In this document: piece by piece, positions 8,932 through 20,208 of the stretch | Layout of the letters: every line of letters starts with the position of its first letter | Numbering within the stretch: the stretch's first letter is position 1 | From: an uncultured Candidatus Saccharibacteria bacterium | GTDB taxonomy: Bacteria > Patescibacteriota > Minisyncoccia > Phycocordibacterales > Phycocordibacteraceae | Length of the DNA stretch: 64,000 bases | NCBI GenBank assembly: GCA_964357395.1 | Contig: CAYHLC010000001.1 | Location: 55,599-119,598 of the forward strand | Direction of reading: 5' to 3' | The notes under the pieces: generated by a model | Database searches by the model: none | The model's input: the letters and a program-made list of their open reading frames with translations, nothing else | What the model was told of the DNA's origin: nothing | Translations under genes and position numbers: made by a program

Positions 8932-9765
8932 ATGGACCTTGTACTAGCTATCTTTTTTGGAGCTCTCGGCGCATGCGTCGGGAGCTTCTTAAATGTTGTG
9001 GTACTGCGCTTTGGTTTTGGAGAGCGGCCGAATGCTCGCTCGGAGTGTGCCGGATGCGGCACGCAGCTCCACGCCTCAGACCTGGTACCCATTTTTTCGT
9101 ACCTCTTTCTCGGAGGCAGGTGCCGCTCGTGCGGCAGTGGACTGAATCCCCAATATCCGCTGATCGAGTTCTGCACAGCACTCCTTTTTGCGCTGACGTA
9201 CCTTGGCTTGTTGCCCGCAAGTCTATTTGAGATAGGGGAGTTCCTGGCACTCCTCGGCTTTTGGTCTGCATTTATGGCGCTTGTTGCGTACGACATACGC
9301 CACACGCTAATCCCGCTCCCGTTTATCTACGCACTCTTCGGATTTGCAGGACTTATGGCAGGTGTACGCGCACTTGCAGATGTATCCCTCGAGCCTCTTG
9401 GTTACGCACTCCTCGGCGCACTTGTTTGTGGAGGGTTCTTCGCACTGATCCACGTCGTTACCAACGGGAAGGGGATGGGAATTGGAGACGCGTATGTCGC
9501 AGCTGCTATTGGGGCTGCCTTTGGTGTAGGACAGGGAGTAGCAGCAAGTATTCTTGGGGTGTGGATTGGAGCGTTGGTAGGCGTTGTCGCACTCCTCATT
9601 GGGCGGCTTTTTCCTCACGCGGCGGTCACCCTCTATGGACGGCGGGTTACACTGTCTACAGAGATCCCGTTCGCACCATTCCTCATGATCGGTGCCGTGG
9701 TCGCTACACTATGCCACGTGGATTTTCTCTCATCGAACTTCTTGTTGTTGTCGGGATTTTTATAG
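8932..9765 (+). CDS. pilD: Prepilin peptidase
   Basis: GSFLNVV, RSECxxC, GRCRSC, MGIGD, IPFAPFL. Confidence 0.93.
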   Translation: MDLVLAIFFGALGACVGSFLNVVVLRFGFGERPNARSECAGCGTQLHASDLVPIFSYLFLGGRCRSCGSGLNPQYPLIEFCTALLFALTYLGLLPASLFEIGEFLALLGFWSAFMALVAYDIRHTLIPLPFIYALFGFAGLMAGVRALADVSLEPLGYALLGALVCGGFFALIHVVTNGKGMGIGDAYVAAAIGAAFGVGQGVAASILGVWIGALVGVVALLIGRLFPHAAVTLYGRRVTLSTEIPFAPFLMIGAVVATLCHVDFLSSNFLLLSGFL

Positions 9766-10268
9766 TGATCACGTCGGTGATTCTTGCAAACCACTCGCGC
9801 TTTTATAGCTCGGTCCTCCTTGGGAATGCCGCCTACGATATCGCGCTCTCGGTGCGTGGTGCGCAGGTGTATGGCCTGTCGACCCAGTCGACCGGAGGCA
9901 GCTTTAATGTGGGATACGGCATCCACTTTACGACGGGGGCTAACACCTACCTCCTCTTTGCAGACAACGACCGCGATCATATCTATGACAATCCGGGTGA
10001 CACTATTCTCAAGACGTATGGCTTTCAGCGTGGGTACCAGATACAGAAATTCTGCGGCGTCCAATCGAACGGGAGCGAGCACTGCTCGAACACGGGGGAT
10101 ATCCCCTTCCTCGATGTCGCATTCCTCCGTCCTAATCCTGATGCATGGATCTTGAGCTCCACCGGTATTACCTACTCGCAGATAAAGGTGACAATCCGCT
10201 CAGGTTCTGATGAGACGCGCACCGTATCTGTGCAGTCGACCGGACAGATAACCGTATCCAATCCATGA
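9711..10268 (+). CDS. Minor pilin (FimU/GspH-like)
   Basis: MPRG^FSLIELLVVVGIF; start at ATG 9711, overlapping pilD. Confidence 0.88.
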   Translation: MPRGFSLIELLVVVGIFIVITSVILANHSRFYSSVLLGNAAYDIALSVRGAQVYGLSTQSTGGSFNVGYGIHFTTGANTYLLFADNDRDHIYDNPGDTILKTYGFQRGYQIQKFCGVQSNGSEHCSNTGDIPFLDVAFLRPNPDAWILSSTGITYSQIKVTIRSGSDETRTVSVQSTGQITVSNP

Positions 10269-10837
10269 GAGGCTTTACACTCATAGAGCTTATGGTCGCA
10301 GTGTCGATCTTCGCTATCGTTATGATGGTTGGTGTGGGAGCCCTCCTCACCATGGTTTCGGTAAACAAGCGCGCGCAGGGTATCAACTCGGTGATGAACA
10401 ACCTCAACGCAGCCGTAGAGCAGATAGCCCGCGCGACACGTGTGGGCTCTGCCTATCACTGCGCAGCATCGCCGAACGACTTCAGTAACATTTCCGTACC
10501 GGCAGATTGTGCGGTCAATGGGGGACTACTGTTCGCCTTTGAGGCGACGAACGGAAACGTACTCGATACCAACGATCAGGTAGTGTACCGCCTCAATGGC
10601 ACGCAGCTCGAGCGCTCGCTCCGCTCAGGCATAAACGGAACATGGGTGGCGCTCACCTCACCGGAGGTACATATCACCTCATTTAAGTTTTATGTCACTG
10701 GTTCGACACCGCTTACGAGCGGCGATTCGGTGCAGCCGAGGCTCCTCATGATCATCCATGGCACTGCAGAGTTGCAGGGAGGCCCAACTGACTTCGTGGT
10801 GCAGTCGTCCGTAACACAACGCCTCATCGACCTATGA
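10265..10837 (+). CDS. Minor pilin (PilW/GspJ-like)
   Basis: MRG^FTLIELMVAV. Confidence 0.9.
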   Translation: MRGFTLIELMVAVSIFAIVMMVGVGALLTMVSVNKRAQGINSVMNNLNAAVEQIARATRVGSAYHCAASPNDFSNISVPADCAVNGGLLFAFEATNGNVLDTNDQVVYRLNGTQLERSLRSGINGTWVALTSPEVHITSFKFYVTGSTPLTSGDSVQPRLLMIIHGTAELQGGPTDFVVQSSVTQRLIDL

Positions 10838-11331
10838 ACAAAACACTTTCAGCATTTACCTTGCTAGAAACATTGGTCGCCGTGGCGGTACTGCTTATGT
10901 CGCTCCTTGGCCCGTTTAGTATTGCGCAGCAGTCTCTGAAGAGCGCGTACTATGCGCGCGACCAAGTGACTGCGTACTACCTGGCGCAAGAGGGGCTCGA
11001 GTTTGTGCGTGCTATTCGGGATCAGAACTACCTATCAGGCTCGTCGTGGCTCACTGGTATTAGCACGTGTACCGCAGTGCAGTGCACTGTCGACATGCCG
11101 AACTTTGTCTATGCAACCTGCTCGGGCCCGTGTACAGCGCTCAAGGTGTCTGCTGTTGGAGGCCTCTTCAACCAAGCAAACGGGACTCCGTCTAAGTTCG
11201 TACGCAGTGTATCCCTAATGAACGTTGCTGGGGATCCGAATCAGGTTATTGTTACGGTGACCGTCTCCTGGATCTCTGCCGGCATCTCTCGTACCTTCTC
11301 TCTACAGGAACGTCTCTTTAATTGGCTATGA
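10834..11331 (+). CDS. Minor pilin (PilV/GspI-like)
   Basis: A^FTLLETLVAV, AYYLAQEGLE. Confidence 0.88.
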   Translation: MNKTLSAFTLLETLVAVAVLLMSLLGPFSIAQQSLKSAYYARDQVTAYYLAQEGLEFVRAIRDQNYLSGSSWLTGISTCTAVQCTVDMPNFVYATCSGPCTALKVSAVGGLFNQANGTPSKFVRSVSLMNVAGDPNQVIVTVTVSWISAGISRTFSLQERLFNWL

Positions 11332-11780
11332 TCAAAACTCCTCGCGGCTTCACCCTACTTATGTCAGTCGTTATCTCGGGAGTCTTGTTGACGCTCGGCT
11401 ATGAGATATACAACCTCGCCGTGAAGGAGGTAGAGCTCTCCTCCTCCGGTCGCGAGTCGCAGTTTGCGTTCTACTCTGCTGATACCGGCATTGAGTGTGC
11501 GCTCTACCTCGACACCAAGCAAGACGCGTTTGCGACCACATCTGCACTTACCCAAGTTACGTGCGGCACGGCGGTATCACCACTCACACGCACCACGGTC
11601 GGTACTGATTACATCACCACCTTCGCCTTCTCACTCGGAGGGGGGATCAACACGCAGTGCGTGGACGTACGCGTCACGAGGCAGAACCCACAGAAAACTA
11701 TCATCGAGTCCTACGGCCACAACACGTGCGTCCTTACCAACCCGCGCCGGCTGGAGCGCGCCATCCGCGTCACCTACTAA
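11328..11780 (+). CDS. Minor pilin (PilX/GspK-like, no Glu5)
   Basis: RG^FTLLMSVVI, AFYSADTGIECA. Confidence 0.85.
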   Translation: MIKTPRGFTLLMSVVISGVLLTLGYEIYNLAVKEVELSSSGRESQFAFYSADTGIECALYLDTKQDAFATTSALTQVTCGTAVSPLTRTTVGTDYITTFAFSLGGGINTQCVDVRVTRQNPQKTIIESYGHNTCVLTNPRRLERAIRVTY

Positions 11781-11803
11781 AAACCCCCGCAGTGGGGGAT
11801 TTT
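11779..11803. terminator. Likely bidirectional intrinsic terminator ending the pilus operon
   Basis: A-run, ccccc-gcagt-ggggg stem-loop, then atttt. Confidence 0.7.
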
Positions 11804-11816
11804 GATCGGTCTTCTA

Positions 11817-14006
<2,190 letters not shown>

Positions 14007-14022
14007 GTGTTACAATCCGAAC

Positions 14023-14313
14023 ATGTCAGTCTCGTCAGATGATGTTAAAAAGCTAGCGGAATTGTCGCGGCTCGCACTCACCCCCGAGGAGATAGAAAAG
14101 ATGCGCAGCGAGATCGAGGCCATCTTGGCCTACGTTGAGGCGATACAGAAGGTACCCCTACCAGAGGGCATCGCACAGTCCCCACACCTTGACTTACAGA
14201 ACGTGATGCGCCCCGACGGCGAGCCGCACGAGGGTGGTATCTATACCGATGCTATGGTCAAGCAGATGCCAGATAAGGTTGGTAATGCTCTGAAGACAAA
14301 GAAGATACTATGA
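14023..14313 (+). CDS. gatC: Asp/Glu-tRNA amidotransferase subunit C
   Basis: VKKLAELSRL; coupled to gatA. Confidence 0.9.
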   Translation: MSVSSDDVKKLAELSRLALTPEEIEKMRSEIEAILAYVEAIQKVPLPEGIAQSPHLDLQNVMRPDGEPHEGGIYTDAMVKQMPDKVGNALKTKKIL

Positions 14314-15719
14314 GCGATCTCACTAACCTCACTGCAGAAGAACTCGCCGCGGGCTATCGCGCTAAACAATTTACTGCTACCGAAGTAACTGACGCGCACC
14401 TTGCTCGTATCGAAGCTGGCAACAAAGATCTGAATATCTATCTCGAGGTGTATGACGATGCGCAAGCGATGGCCAAGAAGGCTGACACGGCACTCGCTTC
14501 GGGCAGTGCACACGCTCTAACCGGAGTACCGATCGCTATTAAGGACAACATCATGGTGAAGGGCAAGATCGCGAGCGCCGGATCGAACATGCTCCGCAAC
14601 CACACTGCGGTGTATGACGCGACCTGCATTACTCGTCTCAAGGATGCTGGTGCAGTGTTCCTTGGCAGGGTAAACATGGACGAGTTCGCGATGGGGACCT
14701 CGACAGAGCACTCGGCATACGGACCAACACGAAACCCAGTAGACCCGACACGTGTCCCTGGCGGAACGTCAGGAGGATCCGCAGCAGCAGTAGCTGCAAA
14801 CATGGCCCCGATCGCGCTCGGCACCGACACCGGCGGCTCGGTGCGTCAACCATCTGCACTTTGTGGTGTATACGGCTTCAAGCCAACCTACGGTGGGATA
14901 TCTCGCTACGGACTTGTTGCTATGGGCTCGTCACTCGACCAGCTTGGTATCGTTGCTCGCAACGTGTCTGACATCGAAACGACGTATAAGGTAGTAAGCG
15001 GTATCGATGTGATGGATGGAACAACACTGCCCGAGGCACCAACACCCACAACAAACAAGCGCATTGCCGTTCCGCGCGCCTTTATCAAAGACGCACAGCC
15101 GGATGTAGTTAAGGAGTTCGAGCGGGGGTTGGAGGTGATGGCAAAGGCGGGGTACGAAATAGTCGACGTCGAACTTCCAGTTGCGCCGCACGCGCTCGCT
15201 GCCTACTACATCATTATGCCAGCGGAGCTCTCGACCAACCTAGCGCGCTTCGACGGTATGCGGTACGGCCTCCACAAAGAGGGTGCCAAGCTTCTTGATG
15301 ACTACAAGCTCTCGCGCGCAGCAGGATTCGGGGCAGAAGCTCGTAGACGAATCATCCTCGGTACATACGTCCTCTCGGCCGGCTACTACGATGCGTACTA
15401 CAAGCGGGCGTGCGCTCTCCGGAGCGAGTTGGTACACGAGTTTGATGGTGTGTTTAAGGACGCGTCGTTCATCGCAACACCAACAGCACCAGGACCAGCG
15501 TTCAAGATAGGGGAGAAGCTGGACCCACTCTCCCTCTATCTCGAAGACATCTTCACTGTCTCTGCCAACCTCGCGGGTATACCTGCTATATCGGTCCCTT
15601 GCGGAACAGTGGAGCGGGAGGGGAAGAGCCTTCCGGTCGGGATACAATTCATGAGCCCCAAGCGTACGGAAAGTGCGTTGTTCAGGGTCGCCCGCGATGT
15701 CACTACCGATCATCAGTAA
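14310..15719 (+). CDS. gatA: Asp/Glu-tRNA amidotransferase subunit A
   Basis: Amidase signature GGTSGGSAAAVA, GTDTGGSVRQP, RRIILGTYVLSAGYYDAYY. Confidence 0.97.
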   Translation: MSDLTNLTAEELAAGYRAKQFTATEVTDAHLARIEAGNKDLNIYLEVYDDAQAMAKKADTALASGSAHALTGVPIAIKDNIMVKGKIASAGSNMLRNHTAVYDATCITRLKDAGAVFLGRVNMDEFAMGTSTEHSAYGPTRNPVDPTRVPGGTSGGSAAAVAANMAPIALGTDTGGSVRQPSALCGVYGFKPTYGGISRYGLVAMGSSLDQLGIVARNVSDIETTYKVVSGIDVMDGTTLPEAPTPTTNKRIAVPRAFIKDAQPDVVKEFERGLEVMAKAGYEIVDVELPVAPHALAAYYIIMPAELSTNLARFDGMRYGLHKEGAKLLDDYKLSRAAGFGAEARRRIILGTYVLSAGYYDAYYKRACALRSELVHEFDGVFKDASFIATPTAPGPAFKIGEKLDPLSLYLEDIFTVSANLAGIPAISVPCGTVEREGKSLPVGIQFMSPKRTESALFRVARDVTTDHQ

Positions 15720-16494
15720 TACAGCCGCTGCGGCTCCTGCCGTGCCGTTCTTGAACCTGCAGTACATCTACTGCAGCATCAGCGCGTTGTTCGGCAAGGC
15801 GTGTGCAAATGTGGGTACGCCAGATGTGCCAAGCGTGCCCGACGTATCCGGATCTATACCCACAACTACACTTCCTGTTGCTGACACTGGTGGCTTCTGG
15901 TCATGGCTGTGGCCGTTTGGTAGCAGTGGTGGAAGTACGAGCGATGTAGTGATCGCAACAACCACAGCGGCGAGCGAGCCCGGATTCCTACTTACGACCG
16001 TTGGGGTGATCGGCAGTGTCCTCTTTGGGTTGTGGACCCTCTTCAGTTGGATCTCGTACACGGTATCGTTTGGGATCTTTATTGTCATCGTGGTCGCGTT
16101 CGCCGGGCTTGTACTCATCCGCATGGACGAGTGGCAGCGCTACGGAACACTGCCGCCGCCGCTCCGCTCGGTAACGAAGGGCAAACAACGCTGGCAGGAC
16201 CTCCTCAACGAAGCTATGTCCTCGGAGCCAAAGCGCTGGCGAGAGGCGATAATCGCTGCTGACAATATGCTCGGCATCCTCCTCACACGGCTTGGATACC
16301 ACGGCAAGACGACTGGCGAGCAGATGCGCGCCGTGCCCGAGGGGGCGTTCGTTACCGTCCCGGTTGCGTGGGAGGCGCACCGCGTCAAGAACTTCGTAGC
16401 AGCCCGCTCATCGGACTTCGTCCTCACTCAGCGTGAGGCCTTCCGCGTTATGAAGCTCTACGAACAAGTCTTCGAAGAATTCGATTTCATCTAG
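15697..16494 (+). CDS. Hypothetical membrane protein
   Basis: TM segments, then WREAIIAAD...AWEAHRVKN helical domain. Confidence 0.7.
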   Translation: MSLPIISNTAAAAPAVPFLNLQYIYCSISALFGKACANVGTPDVPSVPDVSGSIPTTTLPVADTGGFWSWLWPFGSSGGSTSDVVIATTTAASEPGFLLTTVGVIGSVLFGLWTLFSWISYTVSFGIFIVIVVAFAGLVLIRMDEWQRYGTLPPPLRSVTKGKQRWQDLLNEAMSSEPKRWREAIIAADNMLGILLTRLGYHGKTTGEQMRAVPEGAFVTVPVAWEAHRVKNFVAARSSDFVLTQREAFRVMKLYEQVFEEFDFI

Positions 16495-16495
16495 T

Positions 16496-17248
16496 ATGCG
16501 CTTACTGCAGTGGAATGTTTGGTACAAGGAGGATGCACAGAACATGCTCGCGGTATTGAAGGAGACAGCTCCCGACATTGCGTGCCTGCAGGAACTCACG
16601 GTTAGCCACCCGCACCACAACGTCGGTGTTCATGTGCCCGATTTCCTCGCGAAAGGCATGGGATACAACTGCTACTTCAAGGAATCCCAGACTGAGATGT
16701 TTGAAGGCGAGTTGCGAGGGTTCGGGAACGCGATCCTCAGTCGCTACCCGATATCAGACACGCGCTTTGTGTATCTACAGGAGCCGCTGGACCCGAACAT
16801 CCACGATGCGGACTATGCCGACGAGGGCAGGGCATACATCGAGGCGATGCTCGACGTGGGTGGTGCTCCGCTTACGGTCGGGACTACACACGCTGCGTAC
16901 GCGCATATGTTTGAGCAGAGCGTCGCCAAGGTTGCAGAGGCAAGTAAGATTCTTGCTGCCGTTGCGGACAAAAGAGAGAGATTCATGTTCTGCGCAGACC
17001 TAAACGCGACACCGGACTCGCTCATAGTTACCGAGCTATCTAAGCTATTCCAAAATGCAGGCCCGGCCTTTGAGGAGAACACGTGGACCAACAAGCCCTT
17101 TTCCTACAAAGGCTTTGATGCAATGTCGCTCGATTGGCGTATCGACCACTGCTTCGCAACTCGCGATATCCGCATCAACTCTGCAAAAGTGGTGCAAACC
17201 CCACACTCCGACCACCTCCCAATCCTCGTCGGCTTCGACTTTACTTAG
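16496..17248 (+). CDS. Endonuclease/exonuclease/phosphatase family protein
   Basis: QWNV, DIACLQE, GNAILSRYP, ADLN, RIDH, SDHLP. Confidence 0.92.
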   Translation: MRLLQWNVWYKEDAQNMLAVLKETAPDIACLQELTVSHPHHNVGVHVPDFLAKGMGYNCYFKESQTEMFEGELRGFGNAILSRYPISDTRFVYLQEPLDPNIHDADYADEGRAYIEAMLDVGGAPLTVGTTHAAYAHMFEQSVAKVAEASKILAAVADKRERFMFCADLNATPDSLIVTELSKLFQNAGPAFEENTWTNKPFSYKGFDAMSLDWRIDHCFATRDIRINSAKVVQTPHSDHLPILVGFDFT

Positions 17249-17269
17249 CAGCCTCTCGCTAAAAACGAG

Positions 17270-17311
17270 AAGTTTACCAAAGTCTCACGATCGTGGAAGT
17301 TTGGTAAACTT
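17270..17311. repeat. Intergenic palindrome (12-bp perfect arms around an inner palindrome)
   Basis: aagtttaccaaa ... cacgatcgtg ... tttggtaaactt. Confidence 0.75.
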
Positions 17312-17418
17312 TCATATTCAAAATTAAGCACGTGCTCAAATTTGAATACAATGTTTGTGGTGTCTATATGATGTAGCGCACATTGCGACTTCAGTTAGGG
17401 GGGTGTATACTCTCAAAC

Positions 17419-17695
17419 AGCGGGGTAGAGGAGTGGTACCTCGGGAGGCTCAATTGGGCTGGCGGAACAGTAATGATCCGTTGATAACCTGCCAAATTCG
17501 GTGAAGTCTTAACTGATAACGCCGAGCCAAGCCCTTCAGATACAGATTTGTTGGGAAGGTGTAGAGACTAGACGGTAGGCACCCCATGCGGGTGAAGGCA
17601 TAGTCCAGACCACGCACTTGAGGATGTCTCAGGGCGGCGAAAGTCGAAGTGGTATGCATAACCTCCAGACCTCGGTTCGAATCCGAGCCCCGCAA
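17419..17695 (+). tRNA. tRNA-fMet(CAT), intron-containing; exons 17419-17450 and 17657-17695
   Basis: Joined exons fold as a cloverleaf: acceptor gcgggg/ccccgc with 1:72 mismatch, A11:U24, ggagg-ctCATaa-cctcc, ctcgg-ttcgaat-ccgag; CCA not encoded; TATACT upstream. Confidence 0.93.
17451..17656 (+). ncRNA. Group I self-splicing intron (206 nt, IC3-like, no ORF) at tRNA position 33/34
   Basis: P1 with U.G at the splice site, aaattcggtgaa (P), gccgagccaag (Q), gtagagactagacgg (R), aaggcatagtcc (S), terminal G. Confidence 0.92.
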
Positions 17696-17709
17696 CAAGC
17701 GAACACAGG

Positions 17710-17732
17710 AAGCCGCCGCAAGGCGGTTTTTT
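17710..17732 (+). terminator. Intrinsic terminator after tRNA-fMet
   Basis: agccgcc-gcaa-ggcggtt followed by a T-run. Confidence 0.85.
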
Positions 17733-17748
17733 GTATATACTGTGGACT

Positions 17749-18027
17749 ATGGACCATCAGGAACAAAAACAGTTTACTCGTCACAATGCATTAAACCTTA
17801 GGTACTGGAAACTTAGTAGGGTACTCACCCCGCTCGCAGTGCTCGCTGTCGTTACTGCGGGACTTGCGGACGCTATGTATTTTGGGTTAGACATGCCGGA
17901 TTCGTTTATCACAACGCTGGTGACGCTCAATAGTCTTTCCCTTGTTGCAACACTCGCAGCGTTTGGAGTTCGTGGCCTAGAGCAGAGGCACACGAGCAAA
18001 GCACTCGGAATCGTCTACAAGCAGTAG
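17749..18027 (+). CDS. Hypothetical small membrane protein (2 TM)
   Basis: Two hydrophobic helices; TATACT just upstream of ATG. Confidence 0.65.
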   Translation: MDHQEQKQFTRHNALNLRYWKLSRVLTPLAVLAVVTAGLADAMYFGLDMPDSFITTLVTLNSLSLVATLAAFGVRGLEQRHTSKALGIVYKQ

Positions 18028-18064
18028 ATAAGTGAGTACGTATGGCTTGCTATACTTTAGGGGT

Positions 18065-19084
18065 ATGGCAATCAAGGTGGGGATCAACGGGTTTGGGCGC
18101 ATCGGACGAGTATTCTTCCGCTTTGCACACAAGAACCCCGCTATCGAGATAGTCGCTATCAACGACCTCGCATCAACCGAGGCGATGGCATCGCTCCTCC
18201 AGCGGGACACCGTATACGGCAAGGCGCCATTCATAGTGAGTGTAAAGGAGGACAACCTCCTCGTAGACGGCAAGCAGATTAAGGTGCTTTTTGAAAAGGA
18301 TCCAAACAAAATCCCTTGGGGGGAGCACGGAGTGGATGTAGTAGTAGAGTCGACGGGCGCGTTCGATTCGTTTGAGAAGGCACAGGCGCACCTCGTAGGT
18401 GGTGCCAAGCGAGTTGTGATCAGTGCCCCAGCCAAGGACGCTGCAACAAACACGATAGGCGCGACAGTCCTCGTCGGCATCAACGAAGATAAGCTGAAGA
18501 CCTGCAAGGTGAGTGCTAACGCATCATGCACCACGAACGCGGGGTCGCCGCTCATAGCAATACTGGACGAGGCGCTCGGCATCGAGCATGCGCTCCTATC
18601 GACGACACATGCGCTGACGGCATCACAAGCCTTGGTGGATGGACCCTCGAAGGGCAAGGGTCGCGAGTGGCGCGCGGGTGGTCACAACCTCGTCCCAACC
18701 TCGACCGGCGCAGCAATCGCAGTGACGCAGGCACTCCCACAGTTGGACAAAAAGTTTGATGGCATTGCGATACGCGTGCCCGTACTCTGCGGCTCGCTGG
18801 TCGATGTTACGTTTGTCTCGAAGCGGCCAACATCAGCTGAGGAAGTGAACGCGATACTACGGAAGGCTGCCGCTCTGCATAGGTGGGAAGGGATATTCAC
18901 CACCACAGACGAAGAGCTAGTCTCCTCTGACATCGTGGGCGATCTACACGCGTCTATAGCCGACCTTGCACTGACGCGTGTCGTAGGAGGAACATTGGTA
19001 AAGGTGATGGCCTGGTACGACAACGAGATGGGGTATGTACCCACATTGCTCCGCCACGTCATCAAGGCTGGGTCGTATGTTTAA
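18065..19084 (+). CDS. gap: Glyceraldehyde-3-phosphate dehydrogenase
   Basis: GINGFGRIGR, NASCTTN, WYDNE. Confidence 0.97.
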   Translation: MAIKVGINGFGRIGRVFFRFAHKNPAIEIVAINDLASTEAMASLLQRDTVYGKAPFIVSVKEDNLLVDGKQIKVLFEKDPNKIPWGEHGVDVVVESTGAFDSFEKAQAHLVGGAKRVVISAPAKDAATNTIGATVLVGINEDKLKTCKVSANASCTTNAGSPLIAILDEALGIEHALLSTTHALTASQALVDGPSKGKGREWRAGGHNLVPTSTGAAIAVTQALPQLDKKFDGIAIRVPVLCGSLVDVTFVSKRPTSAEEVNAILRKAAALHRWEGIFTTTDEELVSSDIVGDLHASIADLALTRVVGGTLVKVMAWYDNEMGYVPTLLRHVIKAGSYV

Positions 19085-19526
19085 GGGTACGGTATACCTC
19101 GCGACTGACCACGCGGGCTTTGCGCTCCGCAACGCTATTAGTGACCGCCTGTCCGCTGCGCACGTGCGCGTCGTGGATATGGGCGCGACGAAGCTAAGTG
19201 TCGATGACGACTTCCCCGACTTTATCGAGCCAGCGGCAGAGAAGGTGGTGGCGGACTCCACTGCGCGCGGCATTATCCTCGGCAAGACGGGCGAGGGGGA
19301 GGCGATGGATGCGAACCGGATCATTGGTGTACGTGCGGCTGTCTATAATGGTGGCGACCTCGAGATAGTACGGCTCGCAAGGCAGCACAATGATGCCAAC
19401 ATCCTTTCCTTGGGCGCAGGATTCCTTACGGAAGAACAAGCGTGGGACGCAGTCAAGATCTTTTTGGAAACACCATTTTCGGGTGATGAGCGCCATGAAC
19501 GGCGTATAGCAAAGCTCGATGATTGA
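19077..19526 (+). CDS. rpiB: Ribose-5-phosphate isomerase B (Glu-type active site)
   Basis: TDHAG, GKTGEGE, ARQHNDANILSLG, RHERRI. Confidence 0.93.
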   Translation: MFKGTVYLATDHAGFALRNAISDRLSAAHVRVVDMGATKLSVDDDFPDFIEPAAEKVVADSTARGIILGKTGEGEAMDANRIIGVRAAVYNGGDLEIVRLARQHNDANILSLGAGFLTEEQAWDAVKIFLETPFSGDERHERRIAKLDD

Positions 19527-20208
19527 AATCATTCCTGCAGTCTTGCCACACTCGCACGCTGATCTATTGATGAGACTCGGCATGCTCCGCGGTGCGCCGG
19601 GCATTGGCAAGGGGGCGCTCATGGTGCAGCTGGACCTCTGTGACGGACTGTTTGTCCCCACGCGCACGTGGCCGTTCAACCCTGCTGACCGGGCCAGCTT
19701 CGCTGAGATAGTTACGGGGGACGAGGGGTTGCCGTACTGGGAGGACTTCAACTATGAAGTCGACTTGATGGCGCACCAGCCAGAGAGCCTATTGCCAAAC
19801 TGGATCGCAGCAGGAGTATCGCGCGCGGTGGTGCACCTCGAGAGTCGACACGACTGGGAGGCGCTGCGAGACGCAGCGGGGCAGACTGTGGAGTTGGGAC
19901 TCGCTATCGATCTCGACCCGCCATTCGATCGCCTTAATAACTACTTGCCAAAGATCGACTACCTGCAGATCATGGGAATCTCACACTTGGGGAGGCAAGG
20001 TGAGGAATTAGACCCTCGTGTGTATGAACTGGTGAAGCGCATCAGAGCCGATTTCCCCGATGGTACAATCCAAATTGACGGCGGAGTTACGATAGACAAC
20101 GCACCGGAGCTAGTCGCAGCCGGCATAGACCGACTCGTCGTAGGCTCGAAGATTGTAGGGGATGATGACCCACGCCGCGCCCTGAAGGAATTCCAAAACA
20201 TAGCATGA
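19519..20208 (+). CDS. rpe: Ribulose-phosphate 3-epimerase (divergent)
   Basis: DLCDG, QIMG...GRQG, QIDGGV, VVGS; pentose phosphate context. Confidence 0.85.
   Translation: MIEIIPAVLPHSHADLLMRLGMLRGAPGIGKGALMVQLDLCDGLFVPTRTWPFNPADRASFAEIVTGDEGLPYWEDFNYEVDLMAHQPESLLPNWIAAGVSRAVVHLESRHDWEALRDAAGQTVELGLAIDLDPPFDRLNNYLPKIDYLQIMGISHLGRQGEELDPRVYELVKRIRADFPDGTIQIDGGVTIDNAPELVAAGIDRLVVGSKIVGDDDPRRALKEFQNIA

Noticed and set aside
17450-17698. 82-aa minus-strand ORF as an intron-encoded endonuclease
   Set aside because: Antisense to the tRNA and intron, too short, and no LAGLIDADG, HNH or GIY-YIG motif.
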